A DNA stretch of 64,000 nucleotides, taken from positions 1 to 64,000 of the IMG/VR virus record IMGVR_UViG_3300027753_000007. One strand, 5' to 3'. The DNA is from a virus. Its lineage: Duplodnaviria > Caudoviricetes. Below the pieces are notes generated by a model. The model was not told the DNA's origin. It did no database searches and saw only the letters and a list, made by a program, of their open reading frames with translations. Both the position numbers and the translations under genes were made by a program. This document shows positions 54,040 through 62,682 of this stretch, in pieces (the stretch's first letter is position 1; each line of letters starts with the position of its first letter).

Positions 54040-56004
54040 CTATTTATCGAAGCCGTAGAATTTTGCCCATGCTCTAGTATTGAAGGAACGACCCATATAT
54101 TTCTTAAACAGTTTTCTAATGTCTTCGTCAACAGGTTCAATAAACGCTGTCATAAACTTTTTGAGTTCTGTTCCCATGTCAAAACTTGTTTTTAGTTCTA
54201 TAAAAGGTTCAAACGCATCTCGCGCAATCATTTCCGACCAAAAGTATACATAGTACATTGACTCGTATCCTGAATCAAAGCTAAAGGAATGATGCATACG
54301 CGATAAGATTCTGTTTTCCCATTGGTGATAACGTATGCCGTCTACGTGAAATATAGGCACCGTTGTGTCGTCTACAAAATCAGGTTTGTCCTTGTAGGAA
54401 TAATGGAGGGTAATGTCGGCTAGGGCTTTCTTAATATAGCGTTGCATATAGCAGCCCGAACCAGCGTAACGTGATTCTATTTGCGTTGCAATCATTTTAG
54501 CTGTGGGTGGTCTACCAGTCTCATAGTGGCGAGCAAGCACCTTCAATGAGGCTGGGTGCCAGGCAAAGTTTTCAAAAAATTGACTTGGGAATTCTATCGC
54601 ATCCCACGACAATGATAGCGATCCTCCGTACGTGGAATATGGACTAGTATTATATAGGCCATGCAATAGGTGACCAAACTCGTGCAGCATAACAATGAGG
54701 TCTGAGTGACCCATAGTCTTTTCATAATTTAGCGCATACACAAGTACCTGCGGTTCGTCAAACACACGGAAGGAATAATTATTCACCCATGCCCCGTCGT
54801 GTTTTCCTGGGCGCCGTAGTATGTCTGCGTAAAATCCACCAAGCAGTTTATCGTCCTTATAGGCTTCAAAAAACATAACGGACTTGTGCGGCTTTGACGG
54901 CGGTGATGCTTCCACAAATTTTATATCCAGCAATGTGCCAAAGTATTCCAACATCCTCCGAAACGTTGGGATTGTTTCTAGGTAGTCAGACATAGGTTTC
55001 TGTTCGAGGAATTCCTCCCTCCAGCGTTGAGAATAATGATCGAGGTCCCAGCGTTCCAGTTTTGAGATTTCACCCTTCGCCAGTTTGCTAAGTTCTCTGT
55101 ATTCTCGCTTTAGTTTCTTGTTCGTTTTGCTAATCATGCGCTCTAGTATTCGTATGATCTGCACAGGATCGGTGACCGACATTCCTTCCAATGCTAACGA
55201 GGCGAAGTTTTTATGACCAAGCAATTTTGCTTTCTTGTGCCTTGAATGGAGGATGTCTGTTATTAGGTTGAAATTATCTTCTTCGCGTGTACTATAATCG
55301 CTTGCCATAGTCTGCGTTGCAAAGAATAGCTTTTGTCGCATTGTGCGGTTTGTGCAATCCCTAATAAGTTCATCTATAGTGTTTTCTGCATACCGTATCA
55401 ACCAACCATCAAGCCCTTGTTCTTTTGCGGCGGTGTGCAGCATCTTTTTTGTGCTTTCATCCACACCATCTAACATACTCTCGTCTGTAACGTGCAACTG
55501 CCATGCTTCCTCACAGATTTTATAATTCAACTGGAAGGCTATGGTCTGCTCTGTAAGCTGTTTTGAAACTTTTTCCAGCTCTGCTTTTTTCTCCTGTGAA
55601 ATGCTGGCGCCGGATTGTGTAAAGTAAAGCAACTGGTGTTCCACAATTGCTTTTTGCTTTTTAGTTAGTTTGGATTTCTTTAGCGAGGACAATGCAGCGA
55701 ACATCCTTCCATCTTCAATAATTTTACTAGTTCGTGCCGCGCTGAATATTGTAAACTGTTTTAGCGCGGTACTGGATTCCTCGCCACTGACAATAGCGTA
55801 ATAAAATGACACGATGGAGTTTGCCTTTGTGATTTCATTATCAGCAAGCAAAAGAGGGACAACCAAATTGTCCCATGTATATGTTTCATTGTTTAGCGCG
55901 GTTTCTATCTGTTCGTCTGCTGCTAATACGCATCGTACAGCTTCTTCTAATTGTTCCGCTGGAGAAAGTTTGAAATTTGGTAACAGTAGTCTTGTTTTCT
56001 TCAT
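54040..56004 (-). CDS. M3-family oligopeptidase (OpdA/PrlC-like)
   Basis: HEFGHLLH, WDAIEFPSQFFENF, RPGKHDGAW, YY.YFWSE. Confidence 0.9.
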   Translation of the reverse strand: MKKTRLLLPNFKLSPAEQLEEAVRCVLAADEQIETALNNETYTWDNLVVPLLLADNEITKANSIVSFYYAIVSGEESSTALKQFTIFSAARTSKIIEDGRMFAALSSLKKSKLTKKQKAIVEHQLLYFTQSGASISQEKKAELEKVSKQLTEQTIAFQLNYKICEEAWQLHVTDESMLDGVDESTKKMLHTAAKEQGLDGWLIRYAENTIDELIRDCTNRTMRQKLFFATQTMASDYSTREEDNFNLITDILHSRHKKAKLLGHKNFASLALEGMSVTDPVQIIRILERMISKTNKKLKREYRELSKLAKGEISKLERWDLDHYSQRWREEFLEQKPMSDYLETIPTFRRMLEYFGTLLDIKFVEASPPSKPHKSVMFFEAYKDDKLLGGFYADILRRPGKHDGAWVNNYSFRVFDEPQVLVYALNYEKTMGHSDLIVMLHEFGHLLHGLYNTSPYSTYGGSLSLSWDAIEFPSQFFENFAWHPASLKVLARHYETGRPPTAKMIATQIESRYAGSGCYMQRYIKKALADITLHYSYKDKPDFVDDTTVPIFHVDGIRYHQWENRILSRMHHSFSFDSGYESMYYVYFWSEMIARDAFEPFIELKTSFDMGTELKKFMTAFIEPVDEDIRKLFKKYMGRSFNTRAWAKFYGFDK

Positions 56005-56254
56005 ATCCCTCCGTATAAATTATGTGCTCCTGCTTCCCCGTTCAGGACCCCCCACTTAGTGCGCCAAACCTAGCCGAACTAGGATGGCACCCACCGTAAG
56101 CATACGCGGCGACAGCCGCAAAGTTACACTCTTACGGTCCAATGCCATTGTATGTCTCGCAACCTGGGCGACAGGTGTGCTTTTTGGTGACACATTGAAG
56201 ACATAAAACCGACCAAGCTCACAACCAGAGCTGTCGCTCTGCACATAAAAAGGT

Positions 56255-56316
56255 GGGGTGTAAAGGCGCTGAGAAGAAGCAAAGGACTCACACACTGAGT
56301 TGCGCCAATACACCCC
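56255..56316 (-). terminator. Long compound hairpin after rIIB followed by U-run
   Basis: GGGGTGTA/TACACCCC and GGCGC/GCGCC stems, then ACCTTTTT. Confidence 0.55.
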
Positions 56317-56322
56317 GATTCA

Positions 56323-57369
56323 TTACTGGTCGTCTCTCCAGTCCCAGTATTCATCGTAAGCATCCTGAGATGCATACTGACCATTATCATCGTAACGATA
56401 GCGACCTTGGCTATCTCTGTAGACCGCACGAGGTTCGTTAGCCGCCTGCGAGTCATTGTAGGCACGATACGCTTCGCTGCTCGCATACTGACCACTGTCA
56501 GAGTAGCGGTACTGTCCGTAATCGTCTACATACACTTCTCGAACAGAAAGCGTTTCGTCATCTACGTCATCCTCTTCATCCTCGTAATCATCTTCATAAT
56601 CGTCTTCGTAATCGCCCCAAGACGTGTCAACCACATCTTCAAACGCATCTTCGTACTCGTCGCCGCCGTCGTAGTCGCTAGTGTGTTCACCAATAACCTC
56701 ATAGCGCCATGTGCGACCCTTTGAGTTGTTGTAATCCGAAGGGATGGACACCACATCAGCGGGGTTAATCTTGAGAATCATTACACGCTCACCGCCAAAA
56801 GACTTGAGGTAGGAGATAGAGCAAAAATGCAAGCCCTGCGAGCAGGTGCGATCCTTGTCTTCATCCACCTCGTTCCGAGCCATAGAACACACCTGGCCTA
56901 CGCTATTGTCAAACGTGCCACTGTAAACGTCCTTATAATCCCTGCGAACTTTCTTGTAGGCGAGGAAGTGACCGTCGGGCGTAATGGGCAGGTTGCAAAC
57001 TTCCAGGAAGCCATAAAGCTCGTCCACTGCGCGCTTCGAAGGATTCTTCTTCAAATTGTGCAGGAAGTTGACTAGCGGCTCAACAGGGAAGTCGTCTTCC
57101 AGCATACGCAGCAACCGATCTGTCAGCGCATTGTGGAAGGGCTTACCATCCCAATAAACATCGCCATTCTTCACCTCAAGGAGACCTTGGGCATAGTTAG
57201 CGAGTTGACGGGTCAGATCGACAAGGTCAGGAATCGCATCCCAATCCTGTGCCTTTATGGCATTTACGATCTGTTCAAACTTCGGATGCAGACCACGCTT
57301 GATAATGTGGTGAGTGTTCTCAATCACAATCGTCAGTGTGTCTTCATCAACCAAAATATACGGAAACAT
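56323..57369 (-). CDS. rIIB: rIIB-like protein
   Basis: PITPDGHFLAYKKV, DNSVG, TCSQGLH, NPADVVSIP; follows rIIA. Confidence 0.88.
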   Translation of the reverse strand: MFPYILVDEDTLTIVIENTHHIIKRGLHPKFEQIVNAIKAQDWDAIPDLVDLTRQLANYAQGLLEVKNGDVYWDGKPFHNALTDRLLRMLEDDFPVEPLVNFLHNLKKNPSKRAVDELYGFLEVCNLPITPDGHFLAYKKVRRDYKDVYSGTFDNSVGQVCSMARNEVDEDKDRTCSQGLHFCSISYLKSFGGERVMILKINPADVVSIPSDYNNSKGRTWRYEVIGEHTSDYDGGDEYEDAFEDVVDTSWGDYEDDYEDDYEDEEDDVDDETLSVREVYVDDYGQYRYSDSGQYASSEAYRAYNDSQAANEPRAVYRDSQGRYRYDDNGQYASQDAYDEYWDWRDDQ

Positions 57370-57396
57370 CTTTACTCTCCTGTGTGCATTGTGTAC

Positions 57397-57425
57397 ATTA
57401 TAGCACCATATTGTGCCGTTGTCAA
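57397..57425 (-). promoter_or_regulatory. Consensus sigma70 promoter
   Basis: TTGACA-17-TATAAT. Confidence 0.85.
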
Positions 57426-57435
57426 GTAGTATTTA

Positions 57436-59715
57436 CTACCTGTTGTCAATCATCTTCACATAATCAATCATTAGTTGCCATTTGTCTTTCCCAATGCGAT
57501 TGTAGTAATCGTTGCCCAACTTGACCACACTCAACATTGGGTATTTGGTTTTTATCTTATCTACCAACTTCTCCACGGCCACTTCGTTTGAGTCCAGGCT
57601 ATATTTGTCAAAGTTCTTCTTGGGGAAGAGCTTGCGCATTGAAGCAAGGATGTTATTGAAGCGGGATACTGCGGTCCGCATTGCGGCATCATTCTTCTTT
57701 GCGTCGCGGCACTCCAAATACATAGTAGCCAACTGTCCAAAAGAAGTATTTGGGCTAACCGCTACATAATTCTCTAATGCCTTGACTGAGACATTTGTAA
57801 AATCGACCAAATCAATAATCTGTGACCTGTTCTCTACGAGCAGGGCAGCATTGCGAAGCTTGTTCCAATCCAGCTTGTCAAACTTAGCTTCAATATAATC
57901 GAAGAAGTTTTTCCAATCCGTCTTTTCCTGGATAGCCTTTGTGGACGTCTTCAACACACCGTAAAGGTGGTCTGTCAAATTGAATCCACACAGTTCCTGG
58001 ACTACGTCCTTGTATGTCTCTACAAACCCTTCCGCGCTATAGCTGTGGTTTTCACCAACAATAGTCTTATTCATCAGCGGCACATAAAGGAATGTCGTAT
58101 CAACTGACGGCTCAAGATCGGCAAAATCATCTTCTGCCTTAACTAGTGTCCACATCCTTGAACCATAGCGACCGTTGTCCCTTTGTTCAAAATTCAAAAC
58201 ACCGATCTGTCTCTCGATCTTGCCGGCTGCGCCTTTTACGTTTCCAGGCATGTCGCTGGTTCTAAAAACTTGGCTTGCATGCGGACGACCAAGCATCTTC
58301 AATGCCTTCTTGAACGCCGCTTCAGGATCAGCCTTCTTATCAGTGGGCTTTATAACCACAAATTCCATTCCGCGCATCTTCGGGAACATTTTTGCGTTAT
58401 ATGCCGCCTTAATCCTGCGGTTAGCATCGCCAACGCCATCATGCAGAACAACATACGTCTCCGCTGGGCACCAAACGAGGCAACCAGATGTGTTTTCAAA
58501 ATACTGTGCACCGTTGTTGCTCATCCGCAGACCATCACCGTTGCGTGAACTGATGTGGTGGATTTGGTTGCTAACAAACCTCAGATCAGGAAACTTCTTG
58601 ATAAGGGTCGGGTACTCAATACCTGCCTTATAGTCCGTGTAACCGATCTTAGACATGCTGTCAACCTTCTTGGGGTTGTCCTGTATCCAGCGTATAATGG
58701 CTGGCCTAAAGAAGTCCGCGTTCGTTGCCATCAATTCGTTAAAAAGTACACCACGTTCCCACGGGGACTTCTTTGTCTTCAGTTTTTCTTCGAGGTAGAC
58801 GACCAATCCTGCGAGGATTTCCTCGCCCTTGCGTTCCAGCGTCTTCTTTGTCAGCGGAACGTAACTCAACTCTTCCCTCGAAGCAGCAATGTCCAGTTCG
58901 CCAATTTCAAATTCAATCGCTACGCCAAGGTTGTCGTAAACATTCTCCAACTCCTTGCTGAGGTTTGCGTTTTTGGCGTTGATCGGATAGGCCACGTTAC
59001 CCATAACCGCCACAGAGTCGGGGCGGCTCCAGCTACTCTCCGGCTTCAAAATATGCACGCCAGGAACAATGTTTTCCTGCGAGTATTCTTGCTTCTCTAC
59101 TGTAAGATCTACACCCTCAAAAGTTGGGGTGACCTTGAACCATTTGAAGACGCCCCGTGCTTCGCGTTCAAAATAGCGCACATCGTCGCGCTCTACGGGG
59201 AAGGACACCTCTACGCCGTTGCCTTCGGTTGTCTTTTCTTCGGTCAACCGCGCAATGTTTGGGATGCCTTGGTCGCCAATAAAGGCGCTGTAAACCCGCT
59301 TCATGCCATCCTTAATGGCTGTGACACTGAAGTTGGTCGTGTAAGAGAAAGGTGACTTGCTACCAAGACCCATGCAGCCCACAAAATCGTTGCTGTCTTG
59401 CTTGGTGCTTTCAAAATAGGTTGTGTAGATGTTGATAACGCCGTCATTATCCAGACCAACACCGTAATCACGGATGCTGAGGGTCGGGTTCAACCTCGTA
59501 GGAAGGTGAACAGTGAACGGAACGTCTGCTTTGCCTGCGGCAACGTGACTGTCATAAGCATTACAGCCCAGCTCTCGCAGGATTGCTTGGTACTTATTGG
59601 AGTACAGGCCGCTGGATAGGATCGAAAACGCCTTTGCGGAGTTCTTGATGCGGAACTCGCCTTGGGTTTGCAGCCCACTTGTCAATACGGGAGTCGATTT
59701 GACTTCTAACTTCAT
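57436..59715 (-). CDS. rIIA: rIIA-like protein (GHKL ATPase N-domain)
   Basis: RELGCNAYD, DYGVGL, GLGSKSPF, ASREELSY. Confidence 0.9.
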   Translation of the reverse strand: MKLEVKSTPVLTSGLQTQGEFRIKNSAKAFSILSSGLYSNKYQAILRELGCNAYDSHVAAGKADVPFTVHLPTRLNPTLSIRDYGVGLDNDGVINIYTTYFESTKQDSNDFVGCMGLGSKSPFSYTTNFSVTAIKDGMKRVYSAFIGDQGIPNIARLTEEKTTEGNGVEVSFPVERDDVRYFEREARGVFKWFKVTPTFEGVDLTVEKQEYSQENIVPGVHILKPESSWSRPDSVAVMGNVAYPINAKNANLSKELENVYDNLGVAIEFEIGELDIAASREELSYVPLTKKTLERKGEEILAGLVVYLEEKLKTKKSPWERGVLFNELMATNADFFRPAIIRWIQDNPKKVDSMSKIGYTDYKAGIEYPTLIKKFPDLRFVSNQIHHISSRNGDGLRMSNNGAQYFENTSGCLVWCPAETYVVLHDGVGDANRRIKAAYNAKMFPKMRGMEFVVIKPTDKKADPEAAFKKALKMLGRPHASQVFRTSDMPGNVKGAAGKIERQIGVLNFEQRDNGRYGSRMWTLVKAEDDFADLEPSVDTTFLYVPLMNKTIVGENHSYSAEGFVETYKDVVQELCGFNLTDHLYGVLKTSTKAIQEKTDWKNFFDYIEAKFDKLDWNKLRNAALLVENRSQIIDLVDFTNVSVKALENYVAVSPNTSFGQLATMYLECRDAKKNDAAMRTAVSRFNNILASMRKLFPKKNFDKYSLDSNEVAVEKLVDKIKTKYPMLSVVKLGNDYYNRIGKDKWQLMIDYVKMIDNR

Positions 59716-59747
59716 CTTTTCTTCCTCTGTTCTCAGTGTGTAATTAC

Positions 59748-59807
59748 ATTATACAAGAAGATATGCCATTTGTCAAGAACTAAATCACCTTATATATCAA
59801 CTACTTA
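59748..59807 (-). promoter_or_regulatory. sigma70 promoter plus IHF site (cassette copy B1)
   Basis: TTGACA-17-TATAAT; TATCAACTACTTA 59795; 59772-59799 identical to 61135-61162. Confidence 0.8.
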
Positions 59808-60096
59808 TCGACTTTCTGTGCAGATTTCGGACTGCTGTGACCTCACAAGCCGCAAATCTCGCGGTTGCAGCAAGGGATTTTTTGTCAATTACGTGTTCAG
59901 ACCAACCATCATGCATATTCAATTGTATGTTGTTATTGAAGTGTTTTGGTATTAATTCTATGTAATCAAGATTCCCCAAATTAGATTGGAACAATAATTT
60001 GTCTACAAATCCAGTCACGGTGGCAATTGCTTCTGTTTTCTCGTTCGCTTCCACAAAGAATTGTAAGTGCTTGTTCGTGACGTAAAAAGTTTTCAC
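59797..60096 (-). CDS. Hypothetical protein
   Basis: GTGA overlap with upstream stop. Confidence 0.4.
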   Translation of the reverse strand: MKTFYVTNKHLQFFVEANEKTEAIATVTGFVDKLLFQSNLGNLDYIELIPKHFNNNIQLNMHDGWSEHVIDKKSLAATARFAACEVTAVRNLHRKSISS

Positions 60097-60455
60097 TTGT
60101 CGTGTTTCTCCAACACGGTCAAAATATCTCGGGCAAGCTCGTACTGACTCTCGCAAGTAGCCATACTGACTAATTCCTTCAACGGAATGATGATTGCTTC
60201 CCGTGCCAACACATCACGGGGGCTAACAGCCCCAATGCCTTCTTGTTCCAGCACCCTATATTCTTCTGAATTATGGGATTCCACATCATAGCCACTCAAC
60301 ACAGAACACTCTATCCTGTGTCCTGCCATTACATCCTCAACTGCGTCTTTCGCTTCTTTCAAGCCCAGACCAGTTAACTGACGGAGAGCCTTAATCGCAG
60401 CAACCTTATTGGTCGTTCTCCTGCCGTGTATTGGGTAGAGTGTAATGTTGCTCAT
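60093..60455 (-). CDS. Ribosomal protein L7/L12 C-terminal-domain homolog
   Basis: NKVAAIKALRQLTGLGLKEAKDAVE. Confidence 0.8.
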   Translation of the reverse strand: MSNITLYPIHGRRTTNKVAAIKALRQLTGLGLKEAKDAVEDVMAGHRIECSVLSGYDVESHNSEEYRVLEQEGIGAVSPRDVLAREAIIIPLKELVSMATCESQYELARDILTVLEKHDK

Positions 60456-60766
60456 GCTTCTTTCCTGTACCAGCCTCTGGTAAATGTGTATCCTTCGCTC
60501 TCAAGGGCCCGTGCCATGTTGTCTCGACCAACGGGATTAGCCGTGACCAGGTAAACGTTTGGTGGCAACAAATTGCGCTTGATTGCCCAATTCAAAATTG
60601 TGTAACCTGTTGCCTCAGGTTCACCAAGATCATGATCTAGGTAGAGGTGAGTCAACACACCCTCATGCTGCATAAGTGCCAAACAGGCGTCGGTGCTGGT
60701 TCGAGCAATGTCGTCCATGCCCTCTGGTTCGCGCAGGTCGTCAATCAGCAAATGAAATTCCTTCAT
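60452..60766 (-). CDS. Cyclic-phosphate-processing receiver-domain protein
   Basis: LLIDDLR, LYLDHDLG, GY..L.W, TANPVG. Confidence 0.8.
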   Translation of the reverse strand: MKEFHLLIDDLREPEGMDDIARTSTDACLALMQHEGVLTHLYLDHDLGEPEATGYTILNWAIKRNLLPPNVYLVTANPVGRDNMARALESEGYTFTRGWYRKEA

Positions 60767-61083
60767 TCTCCTCTCCTCGGAATAGCGTTAGCCGCTGCTT
60801 CGTCCCAGTCTACAAACCGTGCCATCAAAAAGGCTTCCACAGCCTCAACACTGTCAAAAATGTCAGTGCCAGTGCGATTGCTTGTGACCACAATATATCT
60901 AGGTCCCCAAATCATCACCTCGCCGTCGAGGGTGCGGGCTTTGCAAAAAGATAGGGTGCGGACCATCTTGCCATTAGCAAGCTTTGTCGCCTCGCCTCCA
61001 CCTAACACGCCATAAACCTCATTCAGTCCATTGTCGTTTAGGAAGCCTTCAAGGCGGTCCTGTAAATCGCTACGTGCGCTCAT
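60763..61083 (-). CDS. Hypothetical early protein
   Basis: SD-led, first gene after promoter. Confidence 0.65.
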   Translation of the reverse strand: MSARSDLQDRLEGFLNDNGLNEVYGVLGGGEATKLANGKMVRTLSFCKARTLDGEVMIWGPRYIVVTSNRTGTDIFDSVEAVEAFLMARFVDWDEAAANAIPRRGE

Positions 61084-61110
61084 GTGTGTATCCTTTGTTT
61101 CAGTGTCTAT

Positions 61111-61170
61111 ATTATACTAAAAGATGAACCAAAAGTCAAGAACTAAATCACCTTATATATCAGTAATTTA
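61111..61170 (-). promoter_or_regulatory. sigma70 promoter plus IHF-like site (cassette copy B2)
   Basis: TTGACT-17-TATAAT; TATCAGTAATTTA 61158. Confidence 0.8.
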
Positions 61171-61509
61171 GCTCTCGCCATCAACTTTTTGCGCCTCATT
61201 CCACATCTTTTCAACATGCGCGTAGTCAGGATGCTCGGGAAGGATAAAGAGAAATCCGTCCTCGAACTGATGGAGGACGCAAGAATGCCATCCCTCCAAT
61301 CCATCATGCAGGCGCTGCGCCCAGTTAATCGTCTCACCGTGGTTGAGAAGCCAAAGTGTGTCTGGGTCATTGTGATCCTGGCCCATTCCCCACTGCCAGT
61401 ACGCATCGCCACCAAACTTGACGGGGCGCGGGTCCTTACCCTTCCACACTGAAATCTCAGTGAAGTGGTGGTCAAACTGGGTAAACTTCATCTTGAACGG
61501 TGCGGGCAT
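61168..61509 (-). CDS. Hypothetical early protein
   Basis: SD-led single-gene unit between two promoter cassettes. Confidence 0.65.
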   Translation of the reverse strand: MPAPFKMKFTQFDHHFTEISVWKGKDPRPVKFGGDAYWQWGMGQDHNDPDTLWLLNHGETINWAQRLHDGLEGWHSCVLHQFEDGFLFILPEHPDYAHVEKMWNEAQKVDGES

Positions 61510-61538
61510 CTGTATGTCCTTTGCTTTACCATACCTAT

Positions 61539-61637
61539 ATTATACGATAAGATGAATCAAATGTCAAGAACAAAAAGCCCTTGCAAATCAATGACTTACA
61601 AGGGCCCGAAAATATGTGTATGGTAATCAGTAACTTA
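61539..61637 (-). promoter_or_regulatory. sigma70 promoter plus two IHF-like sites (cassette copy A2)
   Basis: TTGACA-17-TATAAT; AATCAATGACTTA 61586, AATCAGTAACTTA 61625. Confidence 0.8.
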
Positions 61638-61660
61638 CGTCACCGACTAATTGTATCTTT

Positions 61661-61753
61661 TTAGCTAAATTTCAGTATGAAAAGCACCAAAAATACGTTT
61701 GCAAGTGTAATACCAGCCGCAGCTATTATACCAGCAATCTCTTCTTTAGTCAT
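61661..61753 (-). CDS. 30-aa membrane peptide
   Basis: Manual translation MTKEEIAGIIAAAGITLANVFLVLFILKFS. Confidence 0.45.
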   Translation of the reverse strand: MTKEEIAGIIAAAGITLANVFLVLFILKFS

Positions 61754-62183
61754 TCCCTGAAAGGTCTCTCTCATAAACCTCTTCATCGTATCCTCCTGTG
61801 TTATACTCTTTTAAATCTTCAATCATTTGCTGCTCTGCAACAACCTCAGGGCGTGTTAAAGAATCGGCTTTTTTCATATAGCCTGATTTCCTTGGGTTGG
61901 AACAATATCTACAGTATCGTCTGCATGGGCATTTCCACGATTGTTTGCGGAAGCTGCCGACTTTCTCTTTTGGGAACACCTCGTCGTATGTGTCGTATTC
62001 CCAACGATTAACCTCTACACCCTCTCCAGCTAAATCATAATAAAAACGATATTTTAATGCTCGTTTTGTGCGCAAATGTCTACGCGGATCATAAAACGTA
62101 TAACGATTATATTGTATCTCTAATCGTATCTGTTTTTGCTGATACTTGGTCGTAAGGTATCTTCTCTGCTCTCTCTTTTCCAC
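61746..62183 (-). CDS. Basic Cys-cluster hypothetical protein
   Basis: CPCRRYCRYCSNPR; SD GGAGG. Confidence 0.6.
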   Translation of the reverse strand: MEKREQRRYLTTKYQQKQIRLEIQYNRYTFYDPRRHLRTKRALKYRFYYDLAGEGVEVNRWEYDTYDEVFPKEKVGSFRKQSWKCPCRRYCRYCSNPRKSGYMKKADSLTRPEVVAEQQMIEDLKEYNTGGYDEEVYERDLSGND

Positions 62184-62259
62184 AGTGCCTCCATATTCCC
62201 AAATTGTCCGCCGCTCTTAACGGCGTTACATGGGCTTAGTTAGCATGTGGCATTCTCCT

Positions 62260-62529
62260 TTACTTAATTATAAGTGTATTTATTACATCTATATTACTGT
62301 CATAAATTCTTGCAGTAATAACATGACCTTGCATTTTATCTACTACTGTTAAAGACAATTTTTCACCGTCTAAAACAACATTATACACTAGTTTATCCTT
62401 CCCGTCAACCGAAATTACAACAAATTGTCCTTTTTGCAGTGTTACACCTGTATCGTACGTGTAATCCGCAAAAACTGGGAAAGATAAGAGTAACATTAAG
62501 ATTGCGGCTAATCCTTTCATCTTTTTCAC
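62260..62529 (-). CDS. Small secreted/periplasmic protein
   Basis: Signal peptide ending VFA; late octamer 62553-62560. Confidence 0.6.
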   Translation of the reverse strand: MKKMKGLAAILMLLLSFPVFADYTYDTGVTLQKGQFVVISVDGKDKLVYNVVLDGEKLSLTVVDKMQGHVITARIYDSNIDVINTLIIK

Positions 62530-62682
62530 TCCTATGTCTGTATCTATCTATGTATTTATCGTTCCTTGATAAATAACTGCGCAGAAGCAATAATTCTGCT
62601 TGGTAAGCCTGTTTTTCGCGAGGCAGACGACCACCAATTCATAATGCAATGTCGCATTATGATACAAGATAAGGAAATTAAA

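Noticed and set aside
56252-56316. tRNA- or tmRNA-like element (GGGGTGT/ACACCCC-ACC)
   Set aside because: No TTCRA T-loop, no anticodon arm, no complete CCA; treated as a hairpin/terminator
56056-56495. ORFs 56056..56313 and 56124..56495
   Set aside because: No SD, atypical composition, overlap with rIIB and stable RNA stems
61143-61475. 110-aa alternative-frame ORF
   Set aside because: Overlaps the SD-led 61168..61509 and runs into the promoter cassette
62566-62682. 39-aa N-terminal extension of the virion protein
   Set aside because: Start overlaps the late octamer; a good SD precedes ATG 62683, so the region is more likely a 5-prime UTR
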